64,000 nt of DNA from Podospora anserina (Eukaryota): assembly GCA_017654855.1 (NCBI GenBank), contig CM030333.1, forward strand, positions 2,108,001-2,172,000, read 5' to 3'. Positions 11,547 to 22,733 of the stretch are shown in pieces. The notes below the pieces were generated by a model that did no database searches, had not been told where the DNA came from, and saw only the letters and a program-made list of their open reading frames with translations. The stretch's first letter is position 1. Each line of letters opens with the position of its first letter. Made by a program: the position numbers and the translations under genes.

Positions 11547-13028
11547 TTCTTTGGTTGGCGCGCGGGAGATGTCTGGAGATATTCGTTGGGGGGTGTAGAG
11601 GGGAGGTTTGGAGGAGCGTGCGCGGACGGTTGCTGGATGTCTGGGAATAGTTTGCAAGCGCGGGGGAAATGAGTCAAGCGGCGGTTAAAGTTGATGACGC
11701 GGTAAGTTCTTAATGAGGGCCGCTCGAGAATGTTTTGCTTGGGCGGATGGATGTTGATGGTTGAAGACGAGAAAGGAGACTTTGGAGTAAGCGGGAATAG
11801 AGCTTAAAATTTCGCGAGAATTCTGACACTTTTGCGTGTTGAAGGTTAAGAGTGGGTGGGTGAGGTGGAAGGTTTGAGGCACATTTAGACTTTTTTTCGT
11901 TTGTGGCGAGACGGTTGAGGGGGCGTGAAGAAGGTTTGGGATGGTCTAGCCTCCGGCTTCATGTGGCGGAGACATTTGACTTTCACCCTTAAAAAGAACA
12001 TTCCATATCTTCACAACACAGTCTATTTACCTTGCCTGGGACTCAAACTCCGCCTACACCCAGGAGCTCTGCAGGGCAGCTGATAAGGTACATAAACTCC
12101 AACACACACTTTGTGAAGAATCTCATTCAGCTGAGCAGACACGTGGACACAGAACGGATTTGCTAGAGATGCTGAACCAGACAAAGCACCAGGGTCGTTC
12201 CCAGGGGCCGGATTCAAACATTTCCACACTTTAAATGGTACTTACCTTATAATAGGGGCTTAGTTTCGCCATGGACTGCACTGTATTCATTATTGTCTTC
12301 CATACAAGCTAGGTACAATGCAGAGACATCACAGCTCAAGAGTTCCAGTTTTCAGCTTTTGACTGTCTGCCGAACCATGTGTGTTCTGCAAGCCTTGCAG
12401 CTGCAGGTTTTCACACCTGATCTTACCATAAGACCCGAATCACGCGCTGAAAACAGATTAACGACTGTAGAAAATTGGAAGTTGTGGGCCGAAAAGTGAC
12501 TGGCGCCAAAGGTGAAGCAAAAAAGTGCAGGAGGAAGGTTATGGTAATGGAGCAAAATCTGACAAACAGAGGAAGGCCACAGAAAGGTACGCGAAATATA
12601 AGCCCTCAGAGCAACCTGAGTGTGTGGGCCTGGCAAAAGGTGGGATCAGAGCCCAGGGAGCAACCACAGAAGCAGAGGCATTGTAATTTGTCACGCTGAT
12701 GCGGCGTGATGTCCAAGCAGAATTCAGTTGAGGTTGGACACAGACACGATTGGTGGCTTGATACTGGTCAGAGCAGGCAACCTGCAGGGCGCACTGGGAG
12801 GTTAACTACCCCTATCTTAACTGGTTGGGCCAAGCCAATATTGAAGACAGCCACAGGTGCTTATGCATATCAGGCTCTTCTCATTGCGAGATGACACCTC
12901 GAATATTAAATGATGACACCTCTGGCATAGCCAGAACCCGAGATTGTATTCTTCTATCAAAGGCAACCCACCTCGCGGCGTGTTTTTGAGCCAATTATTG
13001 CCACACACAATTACCTATCATCATCAAC

Positions 13029-15152
13029 ATGGAAGCTGCTGGACTTGCCGTCGGCATTGCCACCCTATACTCAACATGTCGAGATTGTTACAACTTTTTC
13101 ACCACTGTCAATGCGGCCGACAAAGAGGTTTCGGTTCACCTTCGTGAACTGGTCATCCAGTAGTCCATTCTGAAAGCCTGGGGCTTCCATTGGCGCATTC
13201 AGGATGGAGGCGACACTCAGCAACCTGGTCAGACCAGACAGAACCAAACCAAGCTTCACAACTACCTATTGAAGAACCGCTTCAAAGCCGAGGGCGTCTT
13301 CAACATCTTCTCTGCCCTTGCCGACACACTGTCAAACCAAGAGGAACTTGTCAGAGGATATGGAATCCAGTTTCGGTCAACGCAAGCAATTCAGGATGGA
13401 TCCCAGTTGGCCAGCAATGTCCAGTTAGCCATTCAGGACACGACAATCGAGGACATCAAGCCTGTGATCACTGAGTTTAAGCAACGTCTTTCGAAACTCA
13501 ACAAGTTTAAGTGGGCTCTGAGAGATAAGGATGACTTCAGAAAACTCATTTCCGACTTGAAATCCCACAGCGAATCCCTCTACCGCCTTTGCCCGGAAAA
13601 CGCCTTTGAGTCGATGAATGTCTACTTTACCATGGATTGTTTGGCTGTCCAGGAGTCACCGGCAGTGCTGAAGTGGATTTCAAGAATCGCAACTGAGCAT
13701 GCAGAGATCGACAAGGGCTCTTCGGTGCGGCCGGACTACGAACTGCTGGCTTCAGCGGCTACATTGAAGGCATCTGTAAACGAAAACAGGGACAATGTAC
13801 AGACAGATGACGGCAAGCTCACCACTATCGGCGAGGAGGAACCCGAGATGAAGTATTTGGGGAAGGGTCTTGCTCTGTTTGAAGGTGAAGTTGTCTATGT
13901 GGAAATGCGAGACTATCGCGGACCGCCACTAGACCTCACACCAGAACAGAAACGGAAGATCAAGCGCCGTCGGACTCGAGCGCGACTGTTGGTTGAAGGC
14001 AAAGACGTCAGCAGCGACGAAGAAGACGATGGCGAGCCGATAAAACCCGTCAGACCGGCTGATCCCAGACTTCGGATTCTGATTCGAAACTTTTTCAACA
14101 CATTTTGGTGCAAGAATACAATGAAAAGTGTTTATGGGCTTAACATTGCTGGCATGATTGATCATACGGAAGGGGACCATGAAGGCCATTGCAGCATCCT
14201 CTATAGGCTCCCGAGCACGATAGGCATTCACGATCGGCAGCGGCCAGCGGAGAACCTGAAGCTTCGTGCACCTGTTCGAATAAAATCCCTTCTTGGGACC
14301 AGGAAAATGGATGGCATCCGGTCAACACTGGGTTCGTGTTTTGAGCTTGCCAGAAGTCTTGTGCGTGCCGTCTGCATGCTTCACTCAAGCGGGTGGCTAC
14401 ACAAGAACATACGTGCAGAGTCTGTCATGTTCTTTCCGAAACATGTGAGCACGCTCCAAGAGGACCGCTATGAAATCAAACTTGAAATAGATGTTTCGAA
14501 GCCCATCCTGATGGCTATATTTTTTCACGGCCAGACGACATCAAGCATGAAATGCGCAAACCCTCCTCTCAAAAGGACCAACTTAGAAAGCCCCCAGTGG
14601 ATTCCCGCAATATACTAAAACATCACACTACATACATCTGGCGAGATACCAATGACTCCTCAAGCAAGGATTCAGAGGAAAGCATGGAAGGGTATTCCCC
14701 GGCCAGCTAGTATATATGGCCGCGATATACTGAACAAGACCAAAGAACCGGAACAAACAAAAGATCTAAACATTGCTGGCTTTACACTCGACTATTATCA
14801 GCACCCGGCAAAGCACGCAGATCCGCAGCGGCGGTATCGCCATGCATATGGCGTGTACTCTCTTGGTATACTGCTTCTCAAAGTTGGGTTCTGGGAGGAG
14901 TTGAAGAACTATGAGGACTTCCGCTCTGGTTATAACAAGATTCCCGATTACGACAAAGAGGATCATTATGAACCACGCAGGTGGATCTGTCGAGAGTACT
15001 TGAATCGTCCTAGGTGGGCATGTGGGGATTTTTATGCCGACGTTGTGCTCAGTTGTCTCATGGTGGATAGTAGCGATGATGAAGTAGCGAAGGAGAGCAA
15101 GCAGGAGCTTTGTGCGAGACTAGTTGCGGACTTGGAGAACTGTCAAGCCTAA
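13029..15152 (+). pseudogene. HeLo (prion-inhibition) domain fused to a protein-kinase-like domain, disrupted
   Basis: ATG 13029 MEAAGLAVGIATLYSTCRDCYNFF is a HeLo-type N-terminal helix. An in-frame TAG at 13161-13163 is followed by SILKAWG and KFKWALRDKDDFRKLISDLK. The kinase-like part has LHSSGWLHKNIRAESV; ILMG/YIFSRPD is broken by a 1-nt frameshift near 14514; YYQHP...VYSLGILLLKVGFWE lies in 14652-15152. Confidence 0.82.
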
Positions 15153-16274
15153 GCAAACTCGCTGGTTTCCTGTACTTTTTGTCTATTAATAGCGTTCGGG
15201 TAAGGAGACGAGAGGTATTTGCCCAGCAACATGTTTCTTCACTTACTTCGTGTAAGAGGAGAGGTTACTCACTAGGTAGGTAGTGGGTCAGGCAGAGAGG
15301 TTGCTCTTAGGCCACTGGCCTGAGCCCATAGGTTGGCTGGTTAAGGGTATATTTGGCTTGCTTTCCTTTTCTTTGGCATCTTGCTTGTACCTCATTTTCA
15401 TCGCATATTCTTCTGCGCAGGGTTTCCATCACTTCCAAAGGTATCCAATGGAACTGACCTTCAAAAAAGAACAATCATCATTCAAAGTCCATATCAATAC
15501 CTAATGGTACATACCATACCTTGCAGTATCTCCCTCCACCTCATCACCAAAAATTCCACTTGAATCAATATCTCATCTCATCACAATAACCTCTGTGAGG
15601 CTGTATCTTGAACCCAGAGTACATTCGAGACCTACTGGCGCCAACCTGTGGGGGGATACGGGGGATAGTACAGTGGTTATACCCTCCTCACGCCCCCCCC
15701 CCCTCACCATTACCATCATCTTGTCATTCCTCACAACATCCAACCTATCCACTACCACATCACCCACCCCCAAACCTCAACCCTCTTCTCCTGGTCCCAA
15801 TGGGCAGAAGGCATAATCATCACCCCACCTCACTACAACCCTCACCCCTCCCAAGCCGTCGAAGCACCTCAGCCACCGCCACAGCCATCGCTGCCACCAA
15901 AAGGCAGTCTCGTCCAGAAACGAGCTCCCCACTGTGAGTTTCCCGCTCGATACACGCCGGTATGTCAACCCACCCCGCCCCAACCAACTGCTCCACCCTC
16001 ATTTACTCTTCACCAAAGGGATGCGACGCATCAGCCTGCCTAGATTACCTCACCCGCGAGTCAACCCTCTCCCAAGGCACATCAATTCATCACCAAGACC
16101 AAGACAAAATTATGAAAAAGAATAAGTGGTATCATCAATTCATCATCAGCCGACATTTTATAAATACATGAGTGAGACGTGCTCTCTAAGCATCTGTCCC
16201 TTGTGTGTACACGTTGTGTTTTGGTTCATTATCATTTCATTTTTTTTTTTTGCCTGTCCCCATCCAACCATCAT

Positions 16275-17541
16275 TTACTCGGCATCAAGAGGCGCACGAG
16301 GAGGAGTGTCGTTGACCTGGATACCACCACGTTTCTTCTCATGGCTGTCAGGCATGGGAAGAGCCCACCCGCCCTCACCCTCGGGAGTGGCGAGCCAGAG
16401 TCTGAGGAGATGTCTTCTGGGAGCAGGAGGGGCAAAGTCTATTGTCCAAAGTTAGCACGGAAACAAGTCAATGTTGGAGAGCCGAAAGAAGTAACTCACC
16501 CCTGTAAGCAGTGCGAGCATGGAGCAAGTGAGCATTACTCAAGAACTGAATGTCTCCAACCTCCAAAACCATGTGCAGAGCCTCCTGCTGGCAGGTATCC
16601 TCAAGCACCTTCAGAGCATGAAGTTGTTCCTCGCTGAGAGGAGGAATGATACCCTTGTCGGAGAATCTGGTCAAAGACTTGACATAGTAGGGATCCCACT
16701 TGCAGTAGAGACGGCCCTGGCCACCGTTCTCTATGTAAACAATAGGCTGGCGAACCCACTCCTCCTGGCCATTGCTGACCTCACCCTTGCGGTCAAAGTA
16801 CCAGATCGGCTTGGTCAGAGTCTCGGCAACATCAGGGTGCTCCTTCTGGAGAATGTTCCAGACGTTATGAACCGAGACAATGTCGCTCTCACCACCCTCC
16901 TGGGCGCGGTGTACGCACAAAAGACCGACGATATCACCATCATCAGCGTGGAAGAACTGGCGGGCGGCAGTGCGATAGATGCGGACGGTGTGAATCTGAG
17001 TCGGGTCATCACCGACATCCTTGACGTGGCCGAGGACGTGGCCGCGGCCGTTCTGAGAGACAAAGTATCCAAGATAGGTGCCGAGACCCATGTAGGCGAC
17101 GGCGTTCTTCTCTGGGCCCCAAACATCGGCAGGGAAGCGCTTGAAGAGGATGAAGCCCTTGCCGTTGAGAAGATCTTCCCGGAGGTCAGTCAAGACCTTG
17201 CCGAGCTTGGGAAGGACAAAGTTCTCCTTGGAGATGCCGGTGAGTGGTGTGCCGCTGGCGATGAAAGCGTCGGCGGTGGCGGACAACTCGGCAACCTCCT
17301 CATCTGTGAAGGGGTGCACCCACTTCTCAGGGTTGTTGATGAAGTCATCGCGCTTCCATACTGTGCGGCCGGTGATCTCCTTGGGGAACTCAGAGTAGGG
17401 CTTCAGGACGTCGTAGAGAGGGGGGTGCTGGCCAGATGTGCGGATGCCGTCAGGGAAGATGTGGCGGGGGGCATCGAGGTTGCTCTTGGTGACTTGAGGA
17501 AGTTGAGCCGCAGGCTCTTCTACTAGGATTCCGGGAGCCAT
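16275..17541 (-). CDS. TauD/TfdA (clavaminate-synthase-like) Fe(II)/2-oxoglutarate dioxygenase
   Basis: HxD motif (FFHADD), LLHARTAY and RHLLRLWL. Exons 17541-16500 and 16438-16275; intron 16499-16439 (GTGAGT...CTAAC...TAG). Confidence 0.92.
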
Positions 17542-18598
17542 TGTGTATGGTATGTGTGTGATGGTGGGTAAGGTAGGGGGCGGTTTGGAAGTGCTGGGTG
17601 ATGACTGCCAAATGAAAGAGCTTGATCTGATAATGGAATATTTGGATCTGATCGAGAGCTCACATGTCTGGCTTATAAGTACATGGCGTCCTCGATAGAA
17701 GGGGGCCATCTTGTCGATTGCGTGATCATCCCGGGATTGGGCCCAGAGACTATCATCTGCAATGGGGCCGAGGTCTCATTGGAAGAGGCCATGATGCACC
17801 CACGTTTCGGCAGCCCACTCCCGAGTGACATCGGTGCTGGGCGTCGGGATTTCGTTCAGGAAAGAGCATTGGGATGATTGCGATATCGATTTGAGGGATG
17901 GCGTGCTCGGCTTGCGATGACGTGAAGGCTTAAGCGCTACTGCCCCGCAATGCTAATGGCGCTATTTCCCCCTCGACACACCTCGATCAAAGAGGCGACG
18001 TGGTAAGCTAGTTCCCTTTTTGGAGCTCCCACCGTATTATTCGGCTTTCGGGATCTGAGATGGTGTTCTTTGTTGGATGCTGAAGTGAAGGTCTCAAAGG
18101 AGTTGGTGGGGTAGGGGAGGTGTAAGTCGTGGGGGTTAGGGTTCAGCGCGGGTGTGTTACCTTGTCTTGCCGGCACAACATCGAGCCACATTAAGTTGAC
18201 AATAGATGGTTGTCACCGATTGGAGCTTCGTGCAGATATGCCGAGGTAGGGTGGACAAAGCTTGGGAGCGATTTGCGGTTTGAACATTGTGGTACTTTGT
18301 TTGAATGGGGGCAGGAACACAGGATTAGGTAAAGGCAAAGGTTCAGTTTGAGGTTGAGGTCCGCATGGGTAGAGGCACTTACGTGTTGTGAAACTGGGCG
18401 TCTCATCCATGACAGATTGATCAGCAAAATGGCTCACGAGGCTACCCCTATTTCCATTCAAACACGCCCGACTCTGACGGAACGGTCGACCTGATAAACC
18501 GATCTTTACTATTTGTAAATATTACTAATTATCCCCCCAAGCATCATTGTGTATATCCAGTTACGTTCTTTCCTCGCATTCACCCTCCCCAATATCTA

Positions 18599-20572
18599 TC
18601 AATCAAACAGCCCCTTCAAATCAGGCACCAACCTCCTCAGCGGATGGGCCTCCGTATTAAAAACCCACTCATCCAGACTAATCAAGTCCGGCTCACTGAA
18701 CATCAAATAAAAATACTTCAACGTCTCACCCAGCCAAAAGCTCTCCATCGAGTCCGTCTTCTCCGGATACCGTTTGCTCTCATCCACGTTCTCAGGGTCA
18801 TAACGAGTAATATCCGACAGTGCCGCGTTGGCGAGCTCAGTCTTGGTATTCTTCTCGATAGCTTCAAACATCTTCCATGCTTTTTCAGGCAAGTCCTTTC
18901 GGCCGGTTGTGCGGTAGAGAATAAATACCGACTCGATCGCTTCAGGTCGGAGAATGTATCGAGTATCCGGAAGCGACGTGAACCCCTTGGAGATGTGCTT
19001 TTCGGCGATGAGCGAGTTGAGCTCTTCAGGGGAGATGTCATCGGGTGCTTCAAGCTGCCTTTTGATCGCATCTTTCCACTTGGTCTCGGAAAACGTACAC
19101 TCTGGCTTCTCGGGCGAGATTGCTAAAGGACAGGGAAGCATGGTGAATGTCTCTGGCATGATCCCCACGGGCATGTGTGAATAGGTCCAGATGCAACCAT
19201 CCATCAGTTTCTCTCCGACAGACACATGGGTTTGGTTCTCCACAAGCTTGCCACCGAGGGCGAGCATACCACCTGCGAAGCAAACGAGATGCTGGCCTTC
19301 TGGTTTGAGAGAGTAGACAGTATCATCGCCGCTTCGGGAGACAGAGACAAGGCCAGAGACAAGGACGTCGGCGTTGTCTGGAAGCATAGGCCGGAAGACA
19401 TTTCGTTTGATGACTGCCTCCATGGCCTTTTCATACATTTCGCGATATTGTGGCAGTAGACCCCCGACGAGAGCATGGGCCTTTGGGAGATATTCGTACC
19501 AAGAGTCAGCCATGGCCCCGATGGTGAAGTCATTATGTAGGTTGAATTCTGTGGTGCGGGCGTTGACAATGACAGGCCACATTCCTGGGAAACGCGTGGT
19601 GTCTTGTTGCTTATGCAGGAGCTCGGTGATGCGATGCGCAGCGTCGAACCATTTTGGGTCTTTGGTGAGGAGAGAAAGCCTGGTGAACTCCAGAGCGAAT
19701 GTGCCAATCTCGGCAAGAAGGACGGATTCGTCGGCTTCCTGGGGTTTGTTTTTGGATGCATCCACAGCGTCCCATCTTGTCATCGGCATGCGGTTGGGAG
19801 TATCGAAGGCGACATAGAGCATTTCTCCAACCTCTGTTGCTTTACGTAGGAGCCGTCTATCGCCACTTAGGTCGTAGGCTGCCAGAAAGCCACCCAGATA
19901 TCGAATGTTGGTCTCAAATACGTTCACTTTGTCTCCCGGGGCTTTGGAAAAGTCGATCTTGGACGCAGCTTCCACTGCCTCCTTGAACTCATCTTTCAGG
20001 TCCATGATCCAGAGGGTGTCGAGACTGTCGACCAAGGTTGCTCCCCAGCCGCCAAAGACATCGCGCTTCCCACCGCTGATGGGCATGATCTCGTCACTCA
20101 TCCAGGCGTGCTTGCGGTACGAGTTCCAACAACGCTGAAAGACCTCCTTGACGGCATCTCGGCGTTCAAGTCGAACTTGACGCTCTGCTACGGGTTCAGT
20201 CTCGATGAACTTTTGAACCTTTGGAAGCCACTGTGGGGAGCCCTTTGGAAACTGGCGCATGTCCTGGACAGGGTAATTGGGCTTCAACTTGCTCCATTCG
20301 ATCCGGTCTGCTGTGTCTTCCTCGTCGTTTTGGTCCTTGTCATTGACGTTGTCATCGGTGTTATCGTCGAAGTAGTCATTCGGGGGGACATAATTAGGAT
20401 CCCCACTACTGCCGGGCAGGAAATTGTCACCACTGCCATCGCCGTGATAGCTCTGGAAAGGGTCAATGACGTAGGAGTATTGGTATGATCTCTTGCGGAT
20501 GGCGAGGAAGACGAATAGAAAGATGCCTACAATCAAGAAGACATAGCTTCTATTCCTCGAAAAGAGCAGCAT
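18599..20572 (-). CDS. Glycoside hydrolase family 47 alpha-1,2-mannosidase (type II membrane anchor)
   Basis: N-terminal TM helix; motifs GWGATLVDSLDTL, FETNIRYLGG, GAMADSWYEYL, LRPEAIES, MESFWLGETLKYFYL and FNTEAHPL. Single exon; likely ATG 20572 (alternative 20671). Confidence 0.96.
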   Translation of the reverse strand: MLLFSRNRSYVFLIVGIFLFVFLAIRKRSYQYSYVIDPFQSYHGDGSGDNFLPGSSGDPNYVPPNDYFDDNTDDNVNDKDQNDEEDTADRIEWSKLKPNYPVQDMRQFPKGSPQWLPKVQKFIETEPVAERQVRLERRDAVKEVFQRCWNSYRKHAWMSDEIMPISGGKRDVFGGWGATLVDSLDTLWIMDLKDEFKEAVEAASKIDFSKAPGDKVNVFETNIRYLGGFLAAYDLSGDRRLLRKATEVGEMLYVAFDTPNRMPMTRWDAVDASKNKPQEADESVLLAEIGTFALEFTRLSLLTKDPKWFDAAHRITELLHKQQDTTRFPGMWPVIVNARTTEFNLHNDFTIGAMADSWYEYLPKAHALVGGLLPQYREMYEKAMEAVIKRNVFRPMLPDNADVLVSGLVSVSRSGDDTVYSLKPEGQHLVCFAGGMLALGGKLVENQTHVSVGEKLMDGCIWTYSHMPVGIMPETFTMLPCPLAISPEKPECTFSETKWKDAIKRQLEAPDDISPEELNSLIAEKHISKGFTSLPDTRYILRPEAIESVFILYRTTGRKDLPEKAWKMFEAIEKNTKTELANAALSDITRYDPENVDESKRYPEKTDSMESFWLGETLKYFYLMFSEPDLISLDEWVFNTEAHPLRRLVPDLKGLFD

Positions 20573-21141
20573 TGTGGCAGCTGTAGAGATCAACGGGCAG
20601 GATGGATACCACCCTGAATTTGGGATGGGGTACCCCGTCCAGGTTGTTCCCAGCGAATCCAGGGACGACATGAATTAAGATTTTGGCGGGTGGTGGGGGC
20701 ATTGGTGAACTGCCGGCTTGGCACTGTAAGATACTGTAAATACGATGCGGGCCACGTGGCAGCGCTGAGCGACAGTGACCAACAAACTGTTGTGGACACG
20801 CTGTGGCAGGGCTGCCGTGCAGGGATCTGTGTAATAACGTGTATTCGTAATAAGCTGGCGGGCGACTCGTCCACCACGTCGCCCTCCCGTGACTCACTGC
20901 CCTGCATCATCGATGAAACATCAACAACCACTCATCATGGCGTGATTCACCGTCGATCAATGTCATCAGACAACACGTTATAAAGGCAGCGGCTCATCCC
21001 TTGCGGTCACTTTGCGGTCATCGACGTTTTCTCCCTGCAGCTGCGACGGAAGGCCAAGTGGGGATGGAATGAGCTTCATTACTTTGACGCGTCAACAATG
21101 GCATCATTTTAACAACACCACCATACCTTACGTCTGGCATC

Positions 21142-22733
21142 TCAAGCATTCACCACACCGTACCTGATCAAGCCCATCAAACCACCCAACACAATGGCGG
21201 ACGGAGCATTCAACTTGAAGTACCGACCACCAACATAGCTGGTAGCTGTGATGACAACCCACCAGGGATCATCACCCAAACTGCGACCAGCCTGGAATCC
21301 TTGGTCAATATACCCCACCATGAAGATTCGATACACGGCCGTATAGATCAAGCCCACGGCGCCGGCGTTGATGCCTCTCAGCACAGATTTGACCCATCTC
21401 CTGTTCCTTGCCGCGCTCCAGAGTCCCATGGTGCCATGGACCAAGATCAAGCCTGGGCTGAAGATAGCAACCCAGGCAATCAAGGCGCCCGCAACAGAGC
21501 TGTGTCCGGCGTTGATGGCCGTCAAACTCCCGAGGAAGACAGCAATGTTGAAGTTGGGGCCAGGGAAGGCTTGGATGAGGGCGAGACCGATCAAAAAGTC
21601 GCGAGCGCTCACCCACCCTTCGGCAACAACGTACTCTCGCAGCAAAGGGATGACGACGGGTCCACCGCCAAAGATGATTGTGCCCGCAAGGTACATGTTG
21701 GAGAAGAGGCGGTAGAGGATGGGAGGGCCGGGGTCGGGGAGAACACTGCGTAGCACCATGGCCACGATGAAGCTGAGGAAGAAGGTCACGATGATGACTG
21801 TGCCAGTCTTCCATGACATGTTGAACCTCAGCTCCTGTGGCACAATGCGTGGTTCGTTCTCAGCAGTCGACCCCGACGGGCGCTCATTCTTATTGGCCTC
21901 ATCTTCGCTGACTGGAAGTTCTGAGCTGGGCCCGGGTTGCGATGGCCCAAGTTCATGGGAATTTCTTGTTGTTGTGGCACTGTTTTGAGGGCCAGCTTCG
22001 GGGTGCGTCGCCCTCTTTCGCTTCACCTTCCTCACCAGAGCTCCGAGTGGGCGATGGATCCAACGGTAGTCATTGACCAAGGTCGCAACACCTGACACAA
22101 GCATCAAGACGGGAAAGTACCACAGGGCGTTGTACAACATGCCAGCGGCAGCAGTGACAAAGACAATTATCCTCGTCAATGGATCAGTGATGGCCTTCTG
22201 GGACAGCTCCACCGCCGCCAGCGCAATCACGCCGACAGTCGCGGAGTTGAGGCCGGAGAGCAGCGCATACACGATTCGCGGCAGGTTCTCGTCAATGCTC
22301 GACACGCCGATGGAGAGGCCAAACATGCCGATGGCCCCCGGAAGACTCCAGAGCAGGAAGCTAAACAATGCCGCCATAAACCCGCCGTGGAGCAGGTTGA
22401 TGCAGTAGAGCATTTTTGTGCTGGCGGGTCCTGACAGCGATTGCGAGATGCTGAAGATCTCCTGAAAGACCTGTTCATCGACCCATTTTGACTTTTGGAC
22501 GAACTTTTCGTTGAACTGCGCGCCGGACAATAATAAGCAACTGGTCCTCGCTCCTGTTTTCTCTGCGGTTTTTTTTTCTTTATACTCACAATCTTGAAGT
22601 GAACCGGTGGACCACCAAACGCAGTAACCCCGAGATGCCAATTGACCCGGAGGACCTTCCACCCGCGGCGGGCCAGCGCCCGGAGACGGCGGGGCAGTTC
22701 CCCCCTATTTTCACCGGCTCCAGTGGAGCTCAT
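21142..22733 (-). CDS. Chromate ion transporter (CHR family, bidomain)
   Basis: Two homologous halves: LGVTAFGGP...QSLSGPAST and GTIIFGGGPVVIP...QAFPGPNFN. Exons 22733-22590 and 22515-21142; intron 22589-22516. Confidence 0.93.

Noticed and set aside
13161..13163. TAG in the HeLo gene as an A-to-I editing target
   Set aside because: The context IQ*SIL suggests CAG>TAG, and downstream frameshifts cannot be repaired by editing.
15560..16170. Short overlapping ORFs with splice-like signals
   Set aside because: No consistent exon model or family motif.
16519..17526. 335-aa + strand ORF
   Set aside because: Antisense shadow of the codon-biased TauD gene with no motifs of its own; the same applies to 2852-3400, 38589-39206 and 48873-49589.
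16275..22733. TauD-GH47-CHR as a metabolic or resistance cluster
   Set aside because: Co-oriented but functionally unrelated; no backbone enzyme or pathway regulator.
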